64,000 bases of DNA from Burkholderiaceae bacterium (GTDB taxonomy: Bacteria; Pseudomonadota; Gammaproteobacteria; Burkholderiales; Burkholderiaceae_C). Within the stretch, counting starts at the first letter, position 1. Each line of letters starts with the position of its first letter. The stretch is taken from positions 57,635-121,634 of the forward strand of contig JAWKYL010000007.1 of NCBI GenBank assembly GCA_041396505.1. The letters are read 5' to 3'. Below the pieces are notes generated by a model. It did no database searches. It saw nothing but the letters and a program-made list of their open reading frames with translations, and was not told where the DNA came from. A program made the position numbers and the translations under genes. Positions 35,258 through 44,090 of the stretch are shown here, in pieces.

Positions 35258-36579
35258 AATACATCGACGAATTTCGCGACGGTGAGCTGGCGCAGCAGAT
35301 CGGTGAACGCATCCGCGCCGAAGCCGATCCGCAGCGCGCCTACAGCTTCATGGAGTTCTGCGGCGGCCACACCCACGCCATCAGCCGCTACGGCGTGCTG
35401 GAGCTGCTGCCGTCCAACGTGCGCATGGTCCACGGTCCGGGCTGCCCGGTCTGCGTGCTGCCCATCGGCCGCATCGACCTGGCGATCCGCCTGGCGCTGG
35501 AGCGCGACGCCATCGTCTGCACCTACGGCGACACCATGCGCGTGCCGGCGTCAGCGGTCACCACCGCCGGGCCGCCCCAAGGTGGTGACGCCCCCCTCGG
35601 GGGGCGGGCGCCGCAGGCGACCAGGGGGTCGTCAGAGCCTCTTTCCCTCATCAAGGCCAAGGCGCGCGGCGGCGACATCCGCATGGTCTATTCGGCTGCG
35701 GACGCGCTGGCCATCGCCCGCGCCAACCCCGGGCGCGAGGTGGTGTTCTTCGCCATCGGCTTCGAGACCACCACGCCGCCCACGGCGCTGGCCATCCGCG
35801 ACGCGCAGCGCGAAGGCCTGGCCAACTTCAGCGTGCTGTGCTGCCACGTGCTCACGCCCTCGGCCATCACCCACATCCTCGAATCGCCCGAGGTGCGCCA
35901 GTTCGGCACCGTGCCCATCGACGGCTTCATCGGCCCCGCCCACGTGAGCATCGTGATTGGCTCCGCGCCCTACGAGCATTTCGCCGAGGAATACCGCAAG
36001 CCGGTGGTCATCGCCGGCTTCGAGCCGCTGGACGTCATGCAGGCCATCCTGATGCTGGTGCGCCAGGTCAACCGCGGCGCTGCCCACGTCGAGAACGAAT
36101 TCACCCGCGCCGTCACGCCCGAGGGCAACCTGCGCGCGCAGGCCCTGGTGTCCGAGGTGTTCGAGCTGCGGCCCAGCTTCGAATGGCGCGGCCTGGGCGA
36201 GGTGCCCTACAGCGCGCTCAAGATCCGCGAAGCCTTCGCGGCCTTCGACGCCGAACGCCGCTTCGACCTCGCCTATCAGTCGGTGCCCGACAACAAGGCC
36301 TGCGAGTGCGGCGCCATCCTGCGCGGCGTGAAGAAGCCGACCGACTGCAAGATCTTCGGCACTGTCTGCACGCCCGAGAACCCGGTCGGCTCCTGCATGG
36401 TGTCCAGCGAAGGCGCCTGTGCCGCGCACTACACCTATGGGCGATACAGGGACACTCCCTGCGCCGCTTCGCGGCTTCCCCCTCTCTCGCCTTCGGCGGG
36501 AGGGGGACGGCACCAGAGGCCCGGCGAAGCCGGTTCCTCGGTGCCCCTGGATGACGGCCCTGCGGTACTGGAACGCTGA
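35254..36579 (+). CDS. hypD: hydrogenase maturation protein HypD, enlarged by two repeat-derived segments
   Basis: MKYIDEFRD, FCGGHTHAI, GPGCPVCV, FETT, GFEP, and SSEGACAAHY. It is 441 aa, against about 373 aa in E. coli HypD. Confidence 0.9.
   Translation: MKYIDEFRDGELAQQIGERIRAEADPQRAYSFMEFCGGHTHAISRYGVLELLPSNVRMVHGPGCPVCVLPIGRIDLAIRLALERDAIVCTYGDTMRVPASAVTTAGPPQGGDAPLGGRAPQATRGSSEPLSLIKAKARGGDIRMVYSAADALAIARANPGREVVFFAIGFETTTPPTALAIRDAQREGLANFSVLCCHVLTPSAITHILESPEVRQFGTVPIDGFIGPAHVSIVIGSAPYEHFAEEYRKPVVIAGFEPLDVMQAILMLVRQVNRGAAHVENEFTRAVTPEGNLRAQALVSEVFELRPSFEWRGLGEVPYSALKIREAFAAFDAERRFDLAYQSVPDNKACECGAILRGVKKPTDCKIFGTVCTPENPVGSCMVSSEGACAAHYTYGRYRDTPCAASRLPPLSPSAGGGRHQRPGEAGSSVPLDDGPAVLER
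35549..35635. repeat. 81-nt in-frame palindromic insertion in hypD flanked by the 6-nt direct repeat CGTCAG
   Basis: CGTCAG occurs at 35549-35554 and 35630-35635. Internal hairpins are gtcaccacc/ggtggtgac and cgcccccc/ggggggcg. The insertion encodes AVTTAGPPQGGDAPLGGRAPQATRGSS, which is absent from E. coli HypD. Confidence 0.6.
36457..36551. repeat. REP/MITE-like element, full copy, forming the 3' end of the hypD ORF
   Basis: The 5' arm matches 32788.., the 3' half is about 80 percent identical to 37690..37736, and the internal hairpin is tccccctc...gaggggga. Confidence 0.6.
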
Positions 36580-36580
36580 C

Positions 36581-37639
36581 ATGAAGAAGAACTACATCCG
36601 GCCGCTGGACATCAAGCATGGCCGCATCGACATGGGCCACGGCGCCGGCGGCAAGGCCGCGGCGCAGCTGATCGAGGAGCTGTTCCTCGCGGCCTTCGAC
36701 AATGAGTTCCTGCGCCAGGGCGATGACGGTGCGGTGCTGACGCTGCCGTCCTTCGACCCCGCTGAAGGGCGGCTGGTGATGGCCTCCGACGGCCACGTGA
36801 TCTCGCCGCTGTTCTTTCCCGGTGGCGACATCGGTTGCCTCTCGGTGCACGGCACGGTCAACGACGTGGCCATGTCGGGCGCGCGGCCGCTGTACCTGAG
36901 CGCCAGCTTCATCATCGAGGAAGGCTTTCCGCTGGCCGACCTGCAGCGCATCGTGCGGAGCATGGCCGCCGCGTCGCTTGAGGCCGGTGTGCCGGTGGTC
37001 ACCGGTGACACCAAGGTGGTGGAGCAGGGCAAGGGCGATGGTGTGTTCATCAGTACCACCGGCGTGGGTGTGCTGCCACCGGGCGTGTCCATCAGCGGAC
37101 GCAATGCGCGGCCTGGCGACGTGGTGCTGCTCTCCGGCACCATCGGCGACCACGGCGTGGCCGTGCTGTCGCAGCGCGAGTCGCTGGCCTTCGAGACCAC
37201 CATCGAGAGTGACACCGCTGCATTGCATACGCTGGTGGCGGCCATGCTGGAAGCCGCACCCGGTGCCGTGCGCGTGCTGCGCGACCCCACGCGCGGCGGT
37301 CTGGCGACCACGCTCAACGAGGTGGCGCGCCAGTCGGGCGTGGGTATGCTGCTGCAGGAGGCCGCGATTCCCGTCAGGCCGCAGGTGGACGGCGCCTGCG
37401 AGCTGCTGGGCCTGGACCCGCTCTACGTCGCCAACGAAGGCAAGCTGATCGCCGTGGTTGCGCCCGAGGCGGCCGACACGGTGCTGGCCGCCATGCGCGC
37501 GCACCCGCTGGGGCAGGACGCGGCCCGCATCGGCGAGGTCACCACCGATCCGCACCACTTCGTGCAGATGGCCACGCGCTTCGGTGGCCGTCGTGTGGTG
37601 GACTGGCTCAGCGGGGAGCAATTGCCGAGAATCTGCTGA
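36581..37639 (+). CDS. hypE: hydrogenase maturation protein HypE
   Basis: MGHGAGGKAAAQLIEELF, AIR-synthase-like domains, and the C-terminal PRIC. Confidence 0.9.
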   Translation: MKKNYIRPLDIKHGRIDMGHGAGGKAAAQLIEELFLAAFDNEFLRQGDDGAVLTLPSFDPAEGRLVMASDGHVISPLFFPGGDIGCLSVHGTVNDVAMSGARPLYLSASFIIEEGFPLADLQRIVRSMAAASLEAGVPVVTGDTKVVEQGKGDGVFISTTGVGVLPPGVSISGRNARPGDVVLLSGTIGDHGVAVLSQRESLAFETTIESDTAALHTLVAAMLEAAPGAVRVLRDPTRGGLATTLNEVARQSGVGMLLQEAAIPVRPQVDGACELLGLDPLYVANEGKLIAVVAPEAADTVLAAMRAHPLGQDAARIGEVTTDPHHFVQMATRFGGRRVVDWLSGEQLPRIC

Positions 37640-37652
37640 CCCGACATATTGA

Positions 37653-37736
37653 CCTCCCCCTTCGCCGCCTGCGGCGTCACCCTCCCCGGGGGGCGGCACT
37701 GGTGGCCCGGCCTAGCCGGTTCCACGGTGCCTCCGG
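37653..37736. repeat. REP/MITE-like element, diverged copy, between hypE and hypX
   Basis: cggcactggtggcccggcctagccggttccacggtgcctccgga aligns with cggcaccagaggcccggcgaagccggttcctcggtgcccctgga in 36457..36551. Confidence 0.55.
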
Positions 37737-37751
37737 ATGGGGACCTTGCAC

Positions 37752-39494
37752 ATGGCCCTTCGCATCCTGCTGCTCTGCCACAGTTTCAACAGTCTCAGCC
37801 AGCGCCTGTTCGCCGAGCTGCGCTCGCGGGGTCATGTGCTCAGCGTCGAGCTGGACATCGCGGACAGCGTGACCGAAGAAGCCGTGGCGATGTTCCGGCC
37901 CGACCTGATGCTGGCGCCGTTTCTCAAACGGCGCATCCCGGCGTCGGTCTGGCAGCGCGTTCCGTGTTTCGTGGTGCATCCGGGGCCGCCCGGCGATCAG
38001 GGACCGAGCGCGCTGGACTGGGCGGTACGCGATCGGGTGCCACGCTGGGGTGTCACCGTGCTGCAGGCCAATGGCGATTTCGACGCCGGCCCGGTCTGGG
38101 CCCATGCCGCGTTTGACATGCGCCCCGCCACCAAGGGCGGCCTGTATCGGCGCGAAGTGACGGCTGCGGCGCTGCGTGCGACGCTGGAAGCGGTGGACCG
38201 CTTCGTGGCCGGTGAACGCCAGGCGCCACAGGGGGCGGCGGCCGTGCCTCGCTGGCTGCCCCTGATGCGCCAGACCGACCGCGCCATCGACTGGTCCGTC
38301 GACCCCACTGCCACGGTCATGGCCCGGCTGCGCTGTGCCGACGGCCAGCCCGGCGTGCGGGATGCCATCTGGGGACAGGACTGCCACCTGAGCGATGCAC
38401 ACGAAGCCAGCGCTGCCACCATAGCCGAGTTTGCCGACCGTGCGCCGGGCGAGTGGCTGGCGGTTCGCGACGGCGCGCTGCTGCGCCGCACCGTGGACGG
38501 TGGCGTGTGGATCGGCCAGGCCCGCCTGGCCGACCCGCCCGGCACGGCACCCGGCCAGGGGCATTTCAAACGGGTGGCTGCCGAGCTGTTCGGGCAGAAG
38601 TCGGCCATCTTGCCGCAGCGTCCGGTGCCGCTGATGCGACCGGCCGACGAGTGGGGCGAACTGCGCTACACCGAACATGGCCCTGAGGGCGCGCGTGTCG
38701 GCTGCCTGAGTTTCGACTTCTGCAACGGTGCCATGAATACCGCGCGCTGCGAGCGCCTGCGTGCGGCCCTGCTGACGGTGCGCGAACGTCCGGTCCGGGT
38801 GCTCCTGCTGCTCGGTGGTGAGGCCTTTTTCAGCAACGGTATCGATCTCAACAGCATCGAGGCAGCCGCCCATGAACCGGGCGACAGTGCCGCCGATGCC
38901 TCCTGGCGCAATATCCAGGCCATGGACGACGTGGCGCTGGCGGTGCTGGAGATGTCCGACCGCCTCACCGTCAGTGTCATGCGGGGCAACGCGGGCGCCG
39001 GTGGCGCCTTCCTGGCCCTGGCGGCCGACCAGGTGTGGGCGCACGCGAGCGTGGTGCTCAACCCGCATTACAAGAACATGGGCAACCTGTATGGCTCCGA
39101 GTACTGGACCTACCTGTTGCCGCGGCGGCTGGGGGAGGCGGGTGCGAAGGATCTGATGGCGCAGCGCCTGCCGCTGCTGGCCGCCGATGCCCTGAAAATC
39201 GGTCTCATCGACGTGTGCGACGAGGGTCCCAGAGACGGGCTGGATGATCGGGTTCTGGCGCGTGCACTGGCGCTGGCCGGCTCCTACAATTGGAGCGAAC
39301 AGCTGGCGGCCAAGCAAGCCCGGCGTGCGGCCGACGAGGCGCATTGCCCGCTGGCCCGCTACCGTGAACAGGAACTGGCGCGCATGCACCGCAACTTCTA
39401 CGGCTTCGATCCCAGCTACCACGTGGCCCGGCACCACTTCGTGCACAAGCTGCCCCACGCCTGGACGCCGCGCCATCTGGCCGTGCATCGATGA
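37752..39494 (+). CDS. hypX: HypX/HoxX (formyltransferase-like plus enoyl-CoA hydratase-like; aerobic CO-ligand synthesis)
   Basis: MALRILLLCHSFNSLSQRL..., a crotonase-like half (LLLGGEAFFSNGIDLN), and the C-terminal YGFDPSYHVARHHFV. An alternative ATG lies at 37737. Confidence 0.85.
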   Translation: MALRILLLCHSFNSLSQRLFAELRSRGHVLSVELDIADSVTEEAVAMFRPDLMLAPFLKRRIPASVWQRVPCFVVHPGPPGDQGPSALDWAVRDRVPRWGVTVLQANGDFDAGPVWAHAAFDMRPATKGGLYRREVTAAALRATLEAVDRFVAGERQAPQGAAAVPRWLPLMRQTDRAIDWSVDPTATVMARLRCADGQPGVRDAIWGQDCHLSDAHEASAATIAEFADRAPGEWLAVRDGALLRRTVDGGVWIGQARLADPPGTAPGQGHFKRVAAELFGQKSAILPQRPVPLMRPADEWGELRYTEHGPEGARVGCLSFDFCNGAMNTARCERLRAALLTVRERPVRVLLLLGGEAFFSNGIDLNSIEAAAHEPGDSAADASWRNIQAMDDVALAVLEMSDRLTVSVMRGNAGAGGAFLALAADQVWAHASVVLNPHYKNMGNLYGSEYWTYLLPRRLGEAGAKDLMAQRLPLLAADALKIGLIDVCDEGPRDGLDDRVLARALALAGSYNWSEQLAAKQARRAADEAHCPLARYREQELARMHRNFYGFDPSYHVARHHFVHKLPHAWTPRHLAVHR

Positions 39495-39525
39495 GCTTCG
39501 CCATGGTTGCCGGAAGGACGCCGAC

Positions 39526-40983
39526 ATGACCGGGAGCCAGCTGCCTACCGTGCTGGTGGTCGACGATGAGGTGCGCTCGCAGGATGCAATGCGCCGCACG
39601 CTGGACGAGGATTTCACGGTCTTCACCGCCAGCAGCGCCGAAGAGGCGCGCGGCCTGCTGGAGCGCCACACGGTGGCCGTCATTCTGTGCGACCAGCGCA
39701 TGCCGGCCATGACCGGCGTGGCATTCCTGCGCGAGGTGCGCGAGCGCTGGCCGGAGGTGGTTCGCATCGTCATCTCGGGCTACACCGACAGCGAAGACAT
39801 CATTGCCGGCATCAACGAGGCCGGTATCTACCAGTACATCCTCAAGCCCTGGTCCCCCGATCACCTGCTGACGTCCGTGCGCAATGCGGTCGAGGCACAG
39901 GCGCTGCAGCGCCACACCAGCCGGCTGGACCTGGAGCTGCGAACCGCCACGCCGGTGCTGCGCCAGCGCATGGCCGACCGGATGGACCGGGCCCGCGAGA
40001 CGTTTGGTTTCGATCGCATCGTCCGTGCCCCGGGCAGCCCGCTGGATGCCGTCTGTGCAACGGCGGCGCGTGTCGCGCGCTATGACCTGCCCGTGCTGGT
40101 GCTGGGCGAATCCGGGACGGGCAAGGAGCTGCTGGCCCGCGCCATCCACTACGCCTCGCCGCGCCTGGGCGGCCCCTTCGTGGTCGAGAACTGCGCGGCC
40201 ATTCCCGACACGCTGCTCGAATCCGAACTGTTCGGCCACAAACGGGGGGCCTTCACGGGTGCCTACGAAGACCACATCGGTCTGTTCCAGCGCGGCCACG
40301 GCGGCACCGTGTTCCTCGACGAGATCGGCGAAACCTCGCCCGCATTCCAGGTCAAGCTGCTTCGCGTGCTGCAGGAGGGCGAGGTCCGACCCGTGGGTGC
40401 ACCCCGGCCGGTGCCGGTGGATGTGCGCGTCATTGCCGCCACCCACCGCGACCTGGAGCAGCGGGTGCGTGACGGCCTGTTCCGCGAAGACCTGTACTAC
40501 CGGCTGGCCGGCGTCTCGCTGCGGATGCCGGCGCTGCGGGAACGGGTGGCCGACATCGGACCCATTGCCCGGGCGCTGGTCAAGACCGTGGCGCTGGAAC
40601 TCGGTCACCCGGGACTGGTGCTGGAGGACGACGCCCTGGCCTGCCTGACGACCTATCCCTGGCCCGGCAACATCCGCGAACTGCGCAACGAACTGGCGCG
40701 CGCCATGGCTCTGAATGACGGAGAGCGGCTGCGGACCGCCACTTTCTCGCCGCGCGTGCTGCAGGGACGGGGACCGGGAGGCGAGGGCGACCTCATGGCG
40801 GCCATTCCCCAGAGCGGCACACTGGCCGAACGCCTGGATGTGATCGAGGCGATGCTGCTGCGCGAGTCCCTGCTGCGCCACCAGTGGAACAAGACGCGCG
40901 CGGCGGCCGAACTCGGCCTGTCCCGCGTGGGCCTGCGCGCCAAGCTTCAGCGCCTGGGGCTGGAGGGAGGCAGCGGATCATGA
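39526..40983 (+). CDS. hoxA: NtrC-family response regulator and sigma-54 activator of hydrogenase genes (HoxA/HupR)
   Basis: Receiver VLVVDDEVRSQ...CDQRMPAMTG, AAA+ motifs GESGTGKELLARAIH and GAFTGA, and a Fis-type HTH C-terminus. Confidence 0.85.
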   Translation: MTGSQLPTVLVVDDEVRSQDAMRRTLDEDFTVFTASSAEEARGLLERHTVAVILCDQRMPAMTGVAFLREVRERWPEVVRIVISGYTDSEDIIAGINEAGIYQYILKPWSPDHLLTSVRNAVEAQALQRHTSRLDLELRTATPVLRQRMADRMDRARETFGFDRIVRAPGSPLDAVCATAARVARYDLPVLVLGESGTGKELLARAIHYASPRLGGPFVVENCAAIPDTLLESELFGHKRGAFTGAYEDHIGLFQRGHGGTVFLDEIGETSPAFQVKLLRVLQEGEVRPVGAPRPVPVDVRVIAATHRDLEQRVRDGLFREDLYYRLAGVSLRMPALRERVADIGPIARALVKTVALELGHPGLVLEDDALACLTTYPWPGNIRELRNELARAMALNDGERLRTATFSPRVLQGRGPGGEGDLMAAIPQSGTLAERLDVIEAMLLRESLLRHQWNKTRAAAELGLSRVGLRAKLQRLGLEGGSGS

Positions 40984-42854
40984 ATCCCCTCGCTGCGTCG
41001 TTGCGGTCGGCCGACTCCCACGCTGCGCTGTGGTGCGGGCGACCGGACTTCGAGGCGGCGGCTGACGACGTGATGGTGCGCTGGGGGCGCGATCCGCATG
41101 CCCTGGTCCAGATCCTGCGCGAGACACAGGCGCGGACCGGCTGGTTGCCGCGTGGCCTGCAGGCGCACATGGCCGCTGCGCTGGGACTGACGGCCGCGCA
41201 TGTCGAAGGCGTGGTCACGTTCTACCGCTTCCTTCATACGCAGGACGTGGGCCGGGTGCGCGTGCTGTTCTCGGACAACTTCACCGACCGCATGCTGGGC
41301 AGCGAGGCCTTGCTGGTCCGGCTGTGCGAACAGCTCGGTGTGGCGCCGGGTCAGGTCGATCCACGGGGGCGCTTCAGTGTCGACCGCTGTTCGTGCACCG
41401 GCCTGTGCGACCAGGGGCCGGCGCTGCTGGTCAACCACCACCAGGTCATCACCCGACTGGACGCGTCGCGCGTGGATGATCTGGCGCAGCGCCTGCTGGC
41501 TGGCGAGTCACCCGATCAATGGCCGGCCGACTGGGGCCAGGTCGACGACCGGATACGGCGCGCCGACGTGCTGCTGCACGGCCTGCCCGACGCTGCGGCC
41601 CCATTGGCCGCTGTGCTGCAGCGGTCGGCGCAGGATCTGCTGGCCGAAATCGAACGCTCGGGTCTGCGGGGCCGCGGCGGCGCCGGCTTTCCGACCGCGC
41701 GCAAGTGGCGCTTCTGCGCCGGGGCCGAAACACCCGATGGCCAGCGCTGCGTGGTCTGCAACGCAGACGAAGGCGAACCCGGTACCTTCAAGGACCGTGT
41801 GCTGCTCCAGCGGCACGCCGACGAACTGTTCGACGGCATGACCGTCGCCGCCCGTGCCGTGGGCGCGCAAACCGGTTTCCTCTACCTTCGTGGCGAGTAC
41901 CGCTTCCTGCTCCCGCACCTGGACGCGACGTTGTCGCGCCGCCGGGTGCAAGGCCTGCTGGGACGTGACGCGGGCGGCGTCACCGGTTTCCATTTCGATA
42001 TCGCCATCCACCTGGGCGCCGGTGCCTACGTGTGCGGCGAGGAGTCGGCCCTGATCGAGTCGCTGGAGGGTCGGCGAGGCACGCCACGCATCCGGCCACC
42101 GTTTCCTGTGCAGCGCGGCTACCTGGGCCGTCCGACCGTGGTCAACAACGTCGAGACCCTGGTCGCCGTGGCCCACATCGCTCGCCGCGGCGGCGCGTGG
42201 TGGGCCGGCATCGGCACGCGTGAATCGACCGGCACCAAGGTTCACGCCGTCTCGGGCGACTGCGCACGTCCCGGTGTCTACGAGTACCCCCTGGGCACCC
42301 CGGTGTCCCAGCTGCTGGCCGACTGTGGCGCAGCTGATGCCCAGGCCGTCCAGGTCGGCGGTCCATCCGGCACCTGTGTGCCCGCCAGCGCCTTCGACCG
42401 CTCGATCGCGTTCGAAGACCTGCCCAGTGCAGGCGCCTTCATGGTGTTCGACCACAGCCGAGACCTGTTCGAGGTGGCGCGGCACTTCGCCCGTTTCTTC
42501 GCGCACGAGAGCTGTGGCCTGTGTACCCCTTGCCGGGTCGGCACCGAACTGGTGGTGCGACGACTGGACAAGCTGGCGCACGAACGCGGCGCCGGTCGCG
42601 GTTCTGCCTTCGACATCGGACGCCTGCACGAACTGGATGAACTGCTGCACGGCGGCACCCATTGTGGCCTGGGGGTATCGGCCTGCAATCCGCTGCGCGA
42701 CACCTTGACCCATTTCGGACAGGCGTATGCGCAACGCAGCACCGCCGGACAGTTCCAGCCCGACGTCGACCTGGACGCCGAACTCTCGGCGGCACGCCGC
42801 GTCACCGGACGCAAGGACCCGGGTGCCCATTTCCAGACGAGGTCATCCGGATGA
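40980..42854 (+). CDS. hoxF: NAD-reducing hydrogenase diaphorase large subunit (NuoE-NuoF fusion)
   Basis: CTGLCDQGPA, GRGGAGFPTARKW, CNADEGEPGTFKDR, and ESCGLCTPCR. The start overlaps the hoxA stop as ATGA. Confidence 0.9.
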   Translation: MNPLAASLRSADSHAALWCGRPDFEAAADDVMVRWGRDPHALVQILRETQARTGWLPRGLQAHMAAALGLTAAHVEGVVTFYRFLHTQDVGRVRVLFSDNFTDRMLGSEALLVRLCEQLGVAPGQVDPRGRFSVDRCSCTGLCDQGPALLVNHHQVITRLDASRVDDLAQRLLAGESPDQWPADWGQVDDRIRRADVLLHGLPDAAAPLAAVLQRSAQDLLAEIERSGLRGRGGAGFPTARKWRFCAGAETPDGQRCVVCNADEGEPGTFKDRVLLQRHADELFDGMTVAARAVGAQTGFLYLRGEYRFLLPHLDATLSRRRVQGLLGRDAGGVTGFHFDIAIHLGAGAYVCGEESALIESLEGRRGTPRIRPPFPVQRGYLGRPTVVNNVETLVAVAHIARRGGAWWAGIGTRESTGTKVHAVSGDCARPGVYEYPLGTPVSQLLADCGAADAQAVQVGGPSGTCVPASAFDRSIAFEDLPSAGAFMVFDHSRDLFEVARHFARFFAHESCGLCTPCRVGTELVVRRLDKLAHERGAGRGSAFDIGRLHELDELLHGGTHCGLGVSACNPLRDTLTHFGQAYAQRSTAGQFQPDVDLDAELSAARRVTGRKDPGAHFQTRSSG

Positions 42855-43555
42855 GCCAGGAGCACGCGGTCATGGATGCCACCTTCGAGTTCGACGGACA
42901 GCCTGTTCCGATGGACGCTGGCGAGACCATTCTGCAGGCCGCGCTGCGTGCCGGCCATGAACTGCCGCACCTGTGCTGGCATGCGGACGTCTCGCCCAGC
43001 GCCTCGTGCCGGCTGTGCACCGTCATCGCCGACGGTCGGTCCGTGGCGGCCTGCGTCACACCCGCCGTGGCCGGTCAGCAGGTGCGGTGCCATACGCCTG
43101 ACCTGCAGCAGCGGCGCCTGCGCCTGCTGCAAATGCTGTTTGTCGAAGGCAACCACTTTTGTCCCGGATGCGAAGCAAGCGGACATTGCCGCCTGCAGCA
43201 CGAAGCCGGGCGTGCCGGCATGACCGACCTGCATTTCGAGACACTGAACCCTGAGCGGCCGGTCGATGCCAGCCACCCCGACGTCTGGTTCGAACCCAAC
43301 CGCTGCATCCTGTGCCAGCTTTGCGTGCGGGCCAGCGACGAACTCGATCACAAGCAGGTGTTTGCCATCGGCGGGCACGGCATCGCTGCCCGGCTGCTGA
43401 TCGACAGCGATACTGGCCGCCTGGGCGACAGTGCCCTGTCCGTGCACGACCGTGCCGCCCACATCTGCCCGGTCGGTGCGCTGCTGCCCAAGCGGGTGGG
43501 CTTTGCCACACCCATCGGTCGGCGGACTTTCGACAGCGAGGAGACACGCGGATGA
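42851..43555 (+). CDS. hoxU: NAD-reducing hydrogenase diaphorase small subunit (NuoG-like Fe-S)
   Basis: A 2Fe-2S motif (CRLCTV) and CILCQLCVRA, with an ATGA overlap with hoxF. Confidence 0.9.
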   Translation: MSQEHAVMDATFEFDGQPVPMDAGETILQAALRAGHELPHLCWHADVSPSASCRLCTVIADGRSVAACVTPAVAGQQVRCHTPDLQQRRLRLLQMLFVEGNHFCPGCEASGHCRLQHEAGRAGMTDLHFETLNPERPVDASHPDVWFEPNRCILCQLCVRASDELDHKQVFAIGGHGIAARLLIDSDTGRLGDSALSVHDRAAHICPVGALLPKRVGFATPIGRRTFDSEETRG

Positions 43556-44085
43556 AGCACGCCTGCAACGCTGCGCGCCAATGGCGTGTCGCCACGGTGT
43601 CGCTGGCCGGCTGCTTCGGCTGCCACATGTCCTTTCTGGACATCGACGAACGCCTGTTCGAGCTGATCGAGCATATCCGCTTCGATCGCTCGCCGCTGAC
43701 CGACATCAAGACTGTCGGACCCTGCGACATCGGCCTGGTCGAAGGCGGTCTGTGCAACGCCGAGAACGTCCATGTCCTGCGCGAGTTCCGCAGCCAGTGC
43801 CGCGTGCTGGTGGCCGTCGGTGCCTGCGCCATCACGGGCGGACTGCCGGCGCTGCGCAACCACCTGGACGTGGGCGAGGTCCTGCAGGCGGTGTACGGCC
43901 AGGTGCCGGACGACCCCGAACTGCCGCTGCCGCTCAACCGGGTCCTGCCGATCCACGAGGTGGTGACCGTCGACCATGCGCTGCCCGGTTGCCCGCCGCC
44001 GGCCGATGCCTTCTGGCAACTGCTGCAGGACCTGATGGCCGGACGCGAGCCCGTACTGGCCCCTGGCCTGATCCGTTACGACTGA
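43552..44085 (+). CDS. hoxY: NAD-reducing hydrogenase small (delta) subunit
   Basis: SLAGCFGCHMSFLD and GACAITGG, with an ATGA overlap with hoxU. Confidence 0.9.
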   Translation: MKHACNAARQWRVATVSLAGCFGCHMSFLDIDERLFELIEHIRFDRSPLTDIKTVGPCDIGLVEGGLCNAENVHVLREFRSQCRVLVAVGACAITGGLPALRNHLDVGEVLQAVYGQVPDDPELPLPLNRVLPIHEVVTVDHALPGCPPPADAFWQLLQDLMAGREPVLAPGLIRYD

Positions 44086-44090
44086 ACGCC

